Source of the DNA: Candidatus Heimdallarchaeota archaeon
GTDB lineage: Archaea; Asgardarchaeota; Heimdallarchaeia; JABLTI01
NCBI GenBank assembly: GCA_019058275.1
Contig: JAHLVW010000016.1
Coordinates: 1-64,000, forward strand
DNA length: 64,000 nt
Direction: 5' to 3'
Positions 42,267-52,235 of the stretch are shown one piece after another; within the stretch, counting starts at the first letter, position 1; each line of letters starts with the position of its first letter. The notes beneath the pieces are model-generated. The model saw only the letters and a program-made list of their open reading frames with translations, did no database searches and had not been told where the DNA came from. Position numbers and translations under genes: made by a program.

Positions 42267-42554
42267 TACAATGACTCCAAATTGCAGAATTTTTCAAATC
42301 GTCCGAGCTTTTGTTGACATTACTTTTTAATTATATTGATGATGTTAATTATTAGTTACGATTTAAAAACTTAGAAAATTGTAATAAGCTAGTGTCAAAA
42401 ATTCATTTTTGTGAAAAAATCCACAAATTTAACCTTCTAATTTATCTTATAATATAAAGCTAAAGTATTAAAACTGAGTTTTCATAAATATACAAAAAAT
42501 CTATTAGTTTAAAAGAATGAACATCTTAAAAGAGAATTTAAAGTTGGTTGGAAA

Positions 42555-43490
42555 TTGGTTTCCAGTAAATCTTACATTGTAAAGAATCTAAAGGTTTCTC
42601 CAGATTTAGAAATTAAAAACCAATATTTTTCGAAAAGACAGAAAATTTTCTCTTACAATCTTAAATCTCTAAAAATAAAGGAACACTTAGAAACAGAAGA
42701 AAAAATAATACTCATTCGTCCTTGTGATGCCATAGCTTTGGAATACATTGACAAAGTAATGCTAGAGGAGCCACATGATCCTCAGTATAAGAAGATGAGA
42801 GAGTTAAATGTTTTCGCAGTAGTAAATTGCATAGAAACCTGCGAAAAGGGTTTCTGTGTGTCAACTGGTGGGAGCTTGATTAATAATGGATTGGGTGATC
42901 TTGAATTAACTCCTCTTGAAAAGGAAACTTTTCTCGTTGAAGTGTTAACTGAAAAAGGAGAAAATTATGTTAAAAAGCTAGCATTAAAGGAAGCCACAGA
43001 AGAACAGATCAAAAAGTGTGCTAAAGCAAAAAAGAAAGCAATAGAAAATCCAGGTCAGAATATTATAGAAATTCCTACACCTGAACAAATAAGAGCAATC
43101 CCATTTGAAGAATGGGAAAAAATTGCATCAGGTTGCTTGGAATGTGGGTTCTGCAATTATTCTTGTCCAACATGTACTTGTTATGCGGAAACTCATGCTG
43201 AAAGAGGATCATCTAATTATTCCAAAATAAGAGTATGGGATGCATGCGTTTTAGAATCCTTCAACCTTATGGCGGGTGGTCATACAACAATGCCAAATCG
43301 TTCAAGGCGATTCATTAGACGTTACAGTCATAAATTTGAAGTCATACCAGAAAGTTATGGTGTACTTGGATGTGTTGGTTGTGGTAGGTGTTATCAATTA
43401 TGTCCAGCACATTTTGACATTCAAAAAATCTTAACTTATCTAGCAAAAAAGGGGGTTGAAGTAAAATCACCAGTCATAGTAAACCAATAA
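42555..43490 (+). CDS. AsrA/FlxB-like 4Fe-4S protein
   Basis: RPCDA, CLECGFCNYSCPTCTC, WDAC, CVGCGRCYQLCP. Confidence 0.85.
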   Translation: MVSSKSYIVKNLKVSPDLEIKNQYFSKRQKIFSYNLKSLKIKEHLETEEKIILIRPCDAIALEYIDKVMLEEPHDPQYKKMRELNVFAVVNCIETCEKGFCVSTGGSLINNGLGDLELTPLEKETFLVEVLTEKGENYVKKLALKEATEEQIKKCAKAKKKAIENPGQNIIEIPTPEQIRAIPFEEWEKIASGCLECGFCNYSCPTCTCYAETHAERGSSNYSKIRVWDACVLESFNLMAGGHTTMPNRSRRFIRRYSHKFEVIPESYGVLGCVGCGRCYQLCPAHFDIQKILTYLAKKGVEVKSPVIVNQ

Positions 43491-43528
43491 TTTGTTCCAT
43501 TACAGATATTGCAGATGAGACTGTAGAT

Positions 43529-44272
43529 GTGAAAACATTCACTTTTACTGTAGAAGGTCAAGAGATTATAGATTATCTTCCAGGGCAATTCTTTATGTTA
43601 ACAGTGTTTGGTGTAGGTGAAGCACCGTTCGCTTTTTCATCTATTGCTGGTAAGAAATTCCAGGCGACTATAAGAGAAGCTGGAACTGTCACAGAAGCTT
43701 TACATAAACTTTCAGTTGGTAACAAGGTAGGTATAAGAGGACCATTTGGAAAACCATTTCCTTTGGAAGATTTGCAAAAAGCTGGAACTATACTTGTTGT
43801 TGCTGGTGGAATAGGTTTACCGCCACTTCGTTCATTGATACAATATATACATGCAAATAATTTCCCAAAACAAGTTATTCTTTATGGTGCTCGAACTCCT
43901 GGTGATCTTATTTACAAAAAGCAATTTGAAATGTGGAAAAAGAAACTAAAAACTGAAATGCTAGTAACAGTTGATAGAGGTGACCAAAAGTGGAAGGGGA
44001 ATGTAGGGGTTGTAACCACACTTTTTGACAAAATAAAAGTCCCTGAAAAAGTAAAAGTTGTAACTATCGGACCTGCAATAATGATGAAGTTTGTTATCAA
44101 GAAATGCTTAGAGCTTGGAATACAACCTGAGGATATTATTGTAAGCCTAGAGAATAGGATGACTTGTGGTTATGGCAAATGCGGTAACTGTGGATATGGG
44201 AAATATCTTGTCTGTAAAGATGGACCAGTATTTTCCTATGAGCAAATCAAAGATATTAAGGGGATTTTCTAG
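43529..44272 (+). CDS. FlxA/AsrB-like FAD/NAD(P)-binding subunit (true start probably further upstream)
   Basis: PGQF, RGPFG, GGIGLPPLRS, ENRMTCGYGKCGNC. Confidence 0.87.
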   Translation: MKTFTFTVEGQEIIDYLPGQFFMLTVFGVGEAPFAFSSIAGKKFQATIREAGTVTEALHKLSVGNKVGIRGPFGKPFPLEDLQKAGTILVVAGGIGLPPLRSLIQYIHANNFPKQVILYGARTPGDLIYKKQFEMWKKKLKTEMLVTVDRGDQKWKGNVGVVTTLFDKIKVPEKVKVVTIGPAIMMKFVIKKCLELGIQPEDIIVSLENRMTCGYGKCGNCGYGKYLVCKDGPVFSYEQIKDIKGIF

Positions 44273-44274
44273 AA

Positions 44275-44751
44275 ATGACACGTGGATTAGTATTTTATCC
44301 TGAAAAATGCAAAGATGATTGCACAGAGTGTATAGATGCATGTAAGAAGGAATATGACATTCCCTTACTTACATTAACACCTTCGAAAATTATCGTCAGT
44401 TGCCATCAATGCGAATCACCTTATTGTATGAATGTTTGCAATTCACAGGCGATTACAAAAAACAAAGGTATAGTTAAAGTTGACCCTGAACTCTGCGTTG
44501 GTTGTCATTTCTGTTTAGGAGCTTGCCCATATGGTGGTATGTATCCACATGAATTGAAAGTTCGCAAATGTGAGATGTGTGATGACAAAGAGAAACCTCT
44601 TTGTGTTGTAGCATGCAAGGAAGGAGCCTTGCAAGTTGTTGATGTGCCTAGTGAAGCAATGAAGAAAATCAAACTACCTGCTCAAAGAGTATTTACAATT
44701 GGTGAGGACTTAATTTGCTTCGTAAGCATTATCGAAGAAGGTAGCAAATAG
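44275..44751 (+). CDS. 4Fe-4S dicluster protein (HydN/CooF-like)
   Basis: CHQCESPYCMNVC, CVGCHFCLGACP, KCEMC. Confidence 0.85.
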   Translation: MTRGLVFYPEKCKDDCTECIDACKKEYDIPLLTLTPSKIIVSCHQCESPYCMNVCNSQAITKNKGIVKVDPELCVGCHFCLGACPYGGMYPHELKVRKCEMCDDKEKPLCVVACKEGALQVVDVPSEAMKKIKLPAQRVFTIGEDLICFVSIIEEGSK

Positions 44752-44755
44752 TAAT

Positions 44756-46774
44756 TTGACTGGTGAAATTAAAATGACAGTTGGTGTTTTCGTTTGTCAT
44801 TGTGGTAAAAACATTGCTGGAACAGTTGATGTAAAAAAAGTATCAGAAGAAATGAAGAAGAATCCATTGGTTTCATATTCAACTGATTATGAGTTTATGT
44901 GTAGTAAATCAGGTCAAGAACTAATAGCCCAAACGATCAAAGATAAAGGCATTGATAGGGTTGTAGTTGCTGCTTGCACACCTAAGCTTCATGAGAAGAC
45001 CTTTAGAAGAGTTTTGCAGAAAAATAACTTGAATCCATTTTACTTGGAATTTGTTAATATTAGAGAGCAGAATTCTTGGATTCATTCTGATATGAAATTA
45101 GCTACTATTAAAGCAATAGATCTAGTCAATGGTGCTATTGAACGAGCAGCTGCCCTTGAAGCTATAGATTCTACTGAATATCCAGTCGAAAAGAAAGTTT
45201 TAGTTGTTGGCGCAGGTGTTGCGGGTATACAAGCAGCTCTTGATCTAGCTGAAAAGGATATTGAAATTTATTTAATAGATATTGATGCAACGATTGGCGG
45301 ATACATGGCAAAGTTGGACAAAACTTTTCCTACAAACGATTGTTCAGCTTGTATTTTAACCCCAAAAATGAATGATGCTTATACACATCCCAAGATAACT
45401 GTGTTGACATTGACTGAAGCAGTTAGTGCTCATAGAGTTGGCGGTAATTTTGAGGTTGAGCTAGTTCAACATCCAAGATATGTTGATATTGAGAAATGTC
45501 GTTCCTGTTATACTTGTATAGAAAATTGCCCTTTGAAAAAACGACCTAACAAGTTTTTTGACAATATTGGTACTACCAAAGCAGTATTTTTCCCATTCGC
45601 ACAATCAATTCCAAAAGCAGTTGTAATTGACCAAGATTACTGTCTTTACCTAAAGAATCGTGATAAGGGCAGAGATGTTTGTAGAAGATGTGAAAAGAAT
45701 TGCCCAAGTGGTGCAATTGATTTCTCTCAGACTAAGAAACATATCACAATGGAATTTGGAGCGATTATTCTTGCAACTGGATTCGAGGATTTTGATCCAT
45801 CAATAATTGAGGAGTACAACTATCAAAACAGTCCTGACATTGTTACTAATTCTGAATTTGGTTTTATGTTCAATGTATCAGGTCCAACAGATGGGAAGCT
45901 TATAAGACCAAGTACAAATAAAGCACCAAAATCGGTAGCATTTATTCAATGTGTTGGTTCTCGAGATGATATTGCTGAATATTGTTGCAATATTGGTTGT
46001 ATGGCTAGCTTGAAACATGCTTATCTTACATTGAAACAAAATCCAGATACGAAAGTTTACATTTGCTATGCTGATATGCGAACTGTTGGGAAAGGTTACG
46101 AAGAATACTATAAACGAATAAGACAGCTGGGAGTTCGGTTTATAAGAGGCAAACCAAGTCAGATAGACTTATTACCTGACGGACAATTGCAAATTAAGGT
46201 CTATGATTCTGCAATTGAAAAGCTAGAAAACATAACAGTTGAAATGGCAGCACTACAAGTTGGTCTACGACCAAGTAAAAAAGCAGGTGAAGTGAGAAAA
46301 ATCTTTGGGGTTGATCCATCTTCTAGCGGTGGAGAAATGAATGATTATTTCAAAGAACTTCATCCTAAATTAGAACCCGTTGATACAAAAGCATCAGGGG
46401 TTTATATTTGTGGATGTGCAAGAAGTCCAAAAACAATAACTAGTTCTGTCAGTGAAGCTAAAGCTGCTGCAAGTTCAGCAAGTAGCAGATTAATTACTGG
46501 TAAAATAACTATAGCAAATAATACTGCACAAGTAAACGAAGAAACATGTGTTGGTTGTGGTGCTTGTATTGAAGTTTGTCCTTTTGATGCTATTGAATTA
46601 CAAGGACCTATCAAACGAGTAGCAGTTGTTAATCCCATTGCTTGCAAAAAATGTGGAACTTGTGCTTCAGTTTGTCCAACAGGTTCAATACAATTACCTC
46701 ATTATAGAACAATTCAGATTCTCCCACAAATTAAAGGAATTACTGATAAGAATCTCGAGGTGAAAGAGTCTTGA
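44756..46774 (+). CDS. hdrA: Heterodisulfide reductase subunit A
   Basis: GVFVCHCG, VVAACTP, NIREQ, GAGVAG, DKTFPTNDCSAC, QCVGSR. Confidence 0.95.
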   Translation: MTGEIKMTVGVFVCHCGKNIAGTVDVKKVSEEMKKNPLVSYSTDYEFMCSKSGQELIAQTIKDKGIDRVVVAACTPKLHEKTFRRVLQKNNLNPFYLEFVNIREQNSWIHSDMKLATIKAIDLVNGAIERAAALEAIDSTEYPVEKKVLVVGAGVAGIQAALDLAEKDIEIYLIDIDATIGGYMAKLDKTFPTNDCSACILTPKMNDAYTHPKITVLTLTEAVSAHRVGGNFEVELVQHPRYVDIEKCRSCYTCIENCPLKKRPNKFFDNIGTTKAVFFPFAQSIPKAVVIDQDYCLYLKNRDKGRDVCRRCEKNCPSGAIDFSQTKKHITMEFGAIILATGFEDFDPSIIEEYNYQNSPDIVTNSEFGFMFNVSGPTDGKLIRPSTNKAPKSVAFIQCVGSRDDIAEYCCNIGCMASLKHAYLTLKQNPDTKVYICYADMRTVGKGYEEYYKRIRQLGVRFIRGKPSQIDLLPDGQLQIKVYDSAIEKLENITVEMAALQVGLRPSKKAGEVRKIFGVDPSSSGGEMNDYFKELHPKLEPVDTKASGVYICGCARSPKTITSSVSEAKAAASSASSRLITGKITIANNTAQVNEETCVGCGACIEVCPFDAIELQGPIKRVAVVNPIACKKCGTCASVCPTGSIQLPHYRTIQILPQIKGITDKNLEVKES

Positions 46775-47739
46775 AAAAGGAAAAAGAAAGAGTCATAGGA
46801 TTCTGCTGTAACGAATGTGCCTACGCAGCTGCAGATTTAGCAGGACAATTAGGGATGAAATATCCTGTAAATGTACGAATAATTAGAACTCCTTGTAGTG
46901 GTACAACAGATCCCCTTTGGGTTCTTGATGGATTAGCACAAGGTGCGAAAGGGGTTTTTGTTTCTGGTTGTTTACCCGATCAATGTCATTATGGTGACGG
47001 CAATGTTCACATGGAAGAAAGTGTAGTATTCCTACGAACATTATTGAAAGCAATAGGAATAAATCCTAAGCATATTATTAGCTACCTAAATTCAGCTGGT
47101 ATGCCAGAAGCATTTGCTAATTCCACTTCAGATTTTGTAAAAGATGTTCTTTCATTACCAACTCTTCCAGACATTAAGAGTGAAGTAAAAAGTGCTGATA
47201 AAAGGGAGAGATTTCTCGAGATACTAACAGCATATGCCAAAGCTACTGGAAAGATTGATAAATTAGATGAAAAACCCATTCCTCGCGAAGGTTTTGGGAT
47301 GATAACTGTTGATGAGGATAAATGTGTTTCATGTGGAAGTTGTGGTTATTTGTGTGAAACAGATGCAATTACAAAACAAGAGACAAAAAAACATCGCAAA
47401 ATGTATTACGCTCACTATTTGTGCACTGGATGTGAAGCTTGTGTTAGAGCATGTCCAACTGAAGCAATAACAGTCAATAAAGAAATTCACTTGAAGCCAT
47501 TCCTTGCTAAAGAAAATAACCAATTCTCAGGAAGTCAACTTGTCACCTGCTCTAATTGTGCTGACAAATTTGCTACAGTGGCAATTTTGGAAAAGATTGA
47601 AGACCAGTTTGAGCTTATTGATTCAGAAATAATCTCCTTGTGTCCTGCATGTAGAAGAGATGTTATTGGTGAAGACTTTGTGAATCTTAGTCGATATCTA
47701 GAAGCAGCTAATATTAAATCAGAGGAGGAAGCTAAATGA
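46771..47739 (+). CDS. MvhD/FlxD domain fused to a 4Fe-4S ferredoxin domain
   Basis: FCCNECAYAAADLAG, PCSG, GC..DQCHY; C-terminal CxxCxxC clusters. Confidence 0.88.
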   Translation: MKKEKERVIGFCCNECAYAAADLAGQLGMKYPVNVRIIRTPCSGTTDPLWVLDGLAQGAKGVFVSGCLPDQCHYGDGNVHMEESVVFLRTLLKAIGINPKHIISYLNSAGMPEAFANSTSDFVKDVLSLPTLPDIKSEVKSADKRERFLEILTAYAKATGKIDKLDEKPIPREGFGMITVDEDKCVSCGSCGYLCETDAITKQETKKHRKMYYAHYLCTGCEACVRACPTEAITVNKEIHLKPFLAKENNQFSGSQLVTCSNCADKFATVAILEKIEDQFELIDSEIISLCPACRRDVIGEDFVNLSRYLEAANIKSEEEAK

Positions 47740-48218
47740 ATTTTGATGAAACAACTTGTTATATTTGTGCAAAGTGTACAAGTGGTTGTCCTACTGCAGT
47801 TTATGACCCTACCTTTAAACCCCATGTAATTGTTGCGAGGTCTAAAGTTGATCATGAAAATCTTATAGAAGAAGAGAATCTCTGGTCTTGTGTACTCTGC
47901 AAACGCTGTGAACGTCGTTGTCCTCAAAACGTTTCACCTCTTTTAATTGTAACAGAACTAAAAAATGAAAGCTATAAACATTGTAAGGAGCATGTGCCAA
48001 AGGGCTTTGAAGTTCTAATTAAATTAGTCAAAGATACAGGTTTAGCATCCAGAGAAGAAACAATAATCACTGCTGATTTTGATGAGTTTGAAAGAGAAGA
48101 TTTAGGATTACCACCCATACCAAACATTAACACAAAAGTAATAACAGAAGCACTAACTGAACTAGGATTTTTCGATAAAATTTGCGAAGAGTCTGGATCA
48201 ACAAGCACGGAGGAATAG
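47736..48218 (+). CDS. hdrC: Heterodisulfide reductase subunit C
   Basis: CYICAKCTSGCP, WSCVLCKRCERRCPQ. Confidence 0.88.
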   Translation: MNFDETTCYICAKCTSGCPTAVYDPTFKPHVIVARSKVDHENLIEEENLWSCVLCKRCERRCPQNVSPLLIVTELKNESYKHCKEHVPKGFEVLIKLVKDTGLASREETIITADFDEFEREDLGLPPIPNINTKVITEALTELGFFDKICEESGSTSTEE

Positions 48219-48220
48219 AA

Positions 48221-49060
48221 ATGGAACCTGCTTTTTTAAATCTAGGATGTAAAGTACCAACTTCACAATATGCTTTTGAATTGTCAACTAGAGCAGTAAT
48301 AAAAGAGCTTAACCTACCTATTGAGGTACAACAAGAATACAATTGTTGTGGATTTCCATTTATCTCGCTAGACAAAAATGCTTGGGTTTATCTCGCTACA
48401 AGAAATTTAGCTTTTGCTGAAAAAGCAAAAAGAAACCTACTTCCAATTTGCAATGGATGTTTCTTATCTTATGTTGAAGCGAGAGCAGAATTATTACATG
48501 ATAGTAAACTGAAGAAGAAGATAAACAAACAACTGGCAAAAGAAGGTTTGAAGTTTACTGGAAAATCTAAAATTGTTCATTTAGTTGATATCTTCTATGA
48601 AGTAAGGGATGAAATAAAATCAAAAATAGTAAAGAATTTTGATAAAAAGAAAATAGCTGTTCATCTAGGATGTCATGGTGAAGAAGAAAAAAATGAAGAA
48701 CCAATTGATGGTATACCTCGAATTGATAAAATGATGACAATAATGAGAGACTTAGGTATTGAGACTGATTTATACCCTACAATTCACGAGTGTTGTGGTG
48801 CAGGTGGAATTATTTCAGAAAAAGATTTACCATTCAAGATGTCAGGTAACAAACTAGTTGAGTTAATTGAAATGGGTTATGAAGGTATGGCTACAATTTG
48901 TCCATTCTGTCAAAGTCAGTATGAGACAAAACAAGCATTAATTTCTCAAATAATCAGCAAAAAAGTACAATTACCTGTTTATTATCTTACACAGCTTATG
49001 GGTATGGCTTGGGGTTTAGATGAAGAAACATTGGGTCTTCACTTGAATACATCTCTTTAA
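48221..49060 (+). CDS. hdrB: Heterodisulfide reductase subunit B
   Basis: Two CCG domains (CCG..CNGC; ECCGAG..CPFC); YLTQLMG; GGAGG RBS. Confidence 0.9.
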   Translation: MEPAFLNLGCKVPTSQYAFELSTRAVIKELNLPIEVQQEYNCCGFPFISLDKNAWVYLATRNLAFAEKAKRNLLPICNGCFLSYVEARAELLHDSKLKKKINKQLAKEGLKFTGKSKIVHLVDIFYEVRDEIKSKIVKNFDKKKIAVHLGCHGEEEKNEEPIDGIPRIDKMMTIMRDLGIETDLYPTIHECCGAGGIISEKDLPFKMSGNKLVELIEMGYEGMATICPFCQSQYETKQALISQIISKKVQLPVYYLTQLMGMAWGLDEETLGLHLNTSL

Positions 49061-49069
49061 ATCGAAAAA

Positions 49070-49804
49070 TCATATGTAATTGAATAATTCAGTTAACTTC
49101 GAAATAGTATTGAAACGTTGGTCTAAATCTTCACTAAAAACTAGTTCTTCTTCTCGACGAATTATTAGAACGTTTAAATTATAATTTCTCGCTCCAATCC
49201 CATCTGTCTTTAATTCATCACCTACATGTAGTATTTCAGATGGTTGCAGTTTCGAATGCTCCAAGAGAATCTTGTAATTATCTATCTTTTGTGGATTGAA
49301 TTTGTCAACTGTGATAATTTCCTCAAAAAAATTAATAATGTTGTTTTGTTCCAGAAGTTCGATTATTCCATCCGAATGATTGCCTGATAAAACATACTGT
49401 TTAATTTTTTTCTGATTTAATTGTTTTATAGTTTCCACAACATCATTATAAAGAATCTTTTTTTGAATAATAAATATCTGATTTACTAACCACGTCTTTA
49501 ATTCTTCAATATCATGACATGAATTCTGAATTTCTAACATGTCAACTCTTATTTTATTATATTCTTTGATGAACTGAATTCTTTCTTCTTTAGAAAGAGT
49601 ACCAAATATATTGCGTTGGTGTTTAAGATTATCAGGTAGATTTTGTAGCACCTCAAGACTTCCTTGCATTAATTCTTCTTTAGTAACAATAATTCCCTTC
49701 AGAGCAAGTAATCTTGGTATTAGATCATGTGTTGCTGGTGTAACATGCGCTAAGGTTCTATCAAAATCGAAACTAATGCATTTTATCAATTCAAAACCCC
49801 ACAC
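49070..49804 (-). CDS. HAD-superfamily hydrolase
   Basis: FDFDRTL, HVGD...D. Confidence 0.85.
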   Translation of the reverse strand: MWGFELIKCISFDFDRTLAHVTPATHDLIPRLLALKGIIVTKEELMQGSLEVLQNLPDNLKHQRNIFGTLSKEERIQFIKEYNKIRVDMLEIQNSCHDIEELKTWLVNQIFIIQKKILYNDVVETIKQLNQKKIKQYVLSGNHSDGIIELLEQNNIINFFEEIITVDKFNPQKIDNYKILLEHSKLQPSEILHVGDELKTDGIGARNYNLNVLIIRREEELVFSEDLDQRFNTISKLTELFNYI

Positions 49805-49818
49805 ATTAATTCATAGTT

Positions 49819-50892
49819 TTATTTCTTGAATTTCAATCCAATACTAGGTTTTACCAATTCCTTATCCGGATCTAAATCAACCAAGGAATCAATTATCGCC
49901 TGTCTATAAGATATTTTATACTCAAATCCTAATGCTTTCAATTTATTTGAGCTATAAATCAGAGTTTTTCCAATATAGCTAATTGCAATCGGAGAAAGTG
50001 CTATTTTAATCAGTTCAAACTTTGGGAATATTTTGTTGAGTACCCTCAAAAGAGGTAAGAGTAATCTGAAAAACCAATATTGAACGGAAAAAGTTGGTGG
50101 ATTTCTATTATAATACTCAGCAATAACATCCATGATTTCTTTATATGAAATTGGTTCGAGAGCTATATTGTATTCTTCCCCTGAAATATCGTCATTATAT
50201 TCTACAAGATAAACTTGAGCTCTTGCTACATCTATTGGTGATGTTATAGATAAGAGATTTTTCCCTTTGTTAATTAATTTTGGTAAGGCACGATATGATA
50301 ATAATTTTACAAGATTGGGTATGGTTTGTCTGTCACCTGCACCGACTATCGGGCCCAGTCTTGTTGTTACAAATTTCTTATCGGGATGTCTTTTGGAATA
50401 ATCATTCACTATATTTTCAGCAATTCGCTTGGTTACAGTATAAGGTAGACCATCTAATGGACCAATTGGACTATTTTCATATATTGTATAGGTTTTTACT
50501 CTGTCATTAAAAGCCTCATAAACAGCAATAGAGCTTGTATAAATAAAACATTTAGCTTTTGATTTAACGAAAGCATTAAGCATTAACCTTGTACCCAAAA
50601 CATTTGATTTGTACATTTGTTCATAAGTTTGGTTTAACAGAATATTTGCTGCTATATGAAAAACATAATCAATACCACTATTCATAATATCAGAAATTGT
50701 GTCACTATCTAGCAAATCACCCTCGGTTATTGTGACTCCTAATTCTTTTAATTTAGCAGCTTTGTCGGGATTTCTTACCAAGCAAATTACATCTTCTGGT
50801 CTAGTTACATCTAACTTCTTCTCAGTAATGATGTATCTTACTACTTGACTACCAACTTGACCAGTTGCTCCTGTTACGAATATTTTTGCCAT
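49819..50892 (-). CDS. NAD-dependent epimerase/dehydratase (extended SDR)
   Basis: TGATGQVG, YTVTK. Confidence 0.88.
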   Translation of the reverse strand: MAKIFVTGATGQVGSQVVRYIITEKKLDVTRPEDVICLVRNPDKAAKLKELGVTITEGDLLDSDTISDIMNSGIDYVFHIAANILLNQTYEQMYKSNVLGTRLMLNAFVKSKAKCFIYTSSIAVYEAFNDRVKTYTIYENSPIGPLDGLPYTVTKRIAENIVNDYSKRHPDKKFVTTRLGPIVGAGDRQTIPNLVKLLSYRALPKLINKGKNLLSITSPIDVARAQVYLVEYNDDISGEEYNIALEPISYKEIMDVIAEYYNRNPPTFSVQYWFFRLLLPLLRVLNKIFPKFELIKIALSPIAISYIGKTLIYSSNKLKALGFEYKISYRQAIIDSLVDLDPDKELVKPSIGLKFKK

Positions 50893-51017
50893 TGATTATC
50901 CATCGATGCAATTTTTGGTGCGATGATTCATATCGCATAGATATAATTGTAAATACTAGCCTTGATCTAGAATCGTTTATTCTTTTGCTATTTCTTTACT
51001 AAATTTATAAGCTTTAT

Positions 51018-52052
51018 TCATTTCTTTGCATAGAGTTTATGAATTACATCAATCACAAACTCTATATCTTCCTTTTCAATCCCATAATGAGTAACTAAAC
51101 GAAATACTGTATCCCAACGACTCGAAACTGTAATATTATTCTTGGCTAAATCTGCTTTGAATTGTTCTCCTGTGATGTTTAAACCTGATATATCAATAAA
51201 GAGTATATTTGTTTGACATTCCCTTGTTATTAGACCTTCAATATTAGACAATCCCTTTTTTAAGATTTGAGCATTTTTATGATCATCTGCTAATCTATCA
51301 ATCATTTTCTCGAGAGCAATAATTCCGGGTGCAGCAATTATTCCAGCTTGTCTCATCCCTCCACCTAGCATCTTTCTTATCCTTAATGCTTGGTTAATGA
51401 ATTCTTGACTTCCTGCTACTATAGAACCTATTGGACAAGCTAGTCCTTTACTTAAACAGAACATTATAGAATCAGCTCCCTTAACTAACTCTCTTGCAGA
51501 AATACCAGAAGCGATTACAGCATTAAACAAACGAGCACCATCTATGTGTACTTTTAGATTATTCTTCTTTGCTGATTTATATAGATCTTGTAGTTGTTCT
51601 TTAGACCAAACTTTCCCACCAGCCATATTGTGAGTATTTTCTATCGAAACCAGAGAGCTTATTGGATAATGAAGATCGATACCTCTTACAGCATCATTCA
51701 ACATTTCGGGAGTAATCAAATATCCATCTTTACCTTGCAGAGTTCGTAATTGTAATCCACCTATCACTGCAGGTGAAGCAACCTCATGTAGGACTATATG
51801 CGAGTTCTGTTCCAAGATTACCTCATCCCCTTTTTTTGTTTGGCTGACAAGTCCACAGATATTACCCATTGTACCTGAGCAAACCAATAAAGCAGCTTCC
51901 ATACTTAAGAGCTTTGCAGCTTTTTCTTGTAACTCAATGACTGTTGGATCGTCTCCAAAAACATCATCACCAAGCTTTGCATATCTCATAGCTTCGAGCA
52001 TTTCCTCAGAAGGTAAAGTTACTGTATCACTACGCAAGTCTATTTTTTTCAT
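51018..52052 (-). CDS. ltaE: Low-specificity L-threonine aldolase
   Basis: DLRSDTVT, GDDV, ENTHN, HIDGARL, CLSKGL. Confidence 0.93.
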   Translation of the reverse strand: MKKIDLRSDTVTLPSEEMLEAMRYAKLGDDVFGDDPTVIELQEKAAKLLSMEAALLVCSGTMGNICGLVSQTKKGDEVILEQNSHIVLHEVASPAVIGGLQLRTLQGKDGYLITPEMLNDAVRGIDLHYPISSLVSIENTHNMAGGKVWSKEQLQDLYKSAKKNNLKVHIDGARLFNAVIASGISARELVKGADSIMFCLSKGLACPIGSIVAGSQEFINQALRIRKMLGGGMRQAGIIAAPGIIALEKMIDRLADDHKNAQILKKGLSNIEGLITRECQTNILFIDISGLNITGEQFKADLAKNNITVSSRWDTVFRLVTHYGIEKEDIEFVIDVIHKLYAKK

Positions 52053-52235
52053 TTAATTCATCTCTGGTGGAAAATTCTGATAGTAATTTTAGAAAGCTAA
52101 TTTTTGCCCGTTTTTATAAATTGTTATCCATTGATTAAAAACACCATTAGAAAAGACTTAAAGCATTTAAATGTTTAAAATATCCGAAGGATTAATAATA
52201 AATTGATTATTAATAGAGTCTGGGAGCAATGATTC

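Noticed and set aside
38234-49060. Selenocysteine recoding in HydA, HdrA or MvhD
   Set aside because: The usual positions are Cys codons and the ORFs are uninterrupted
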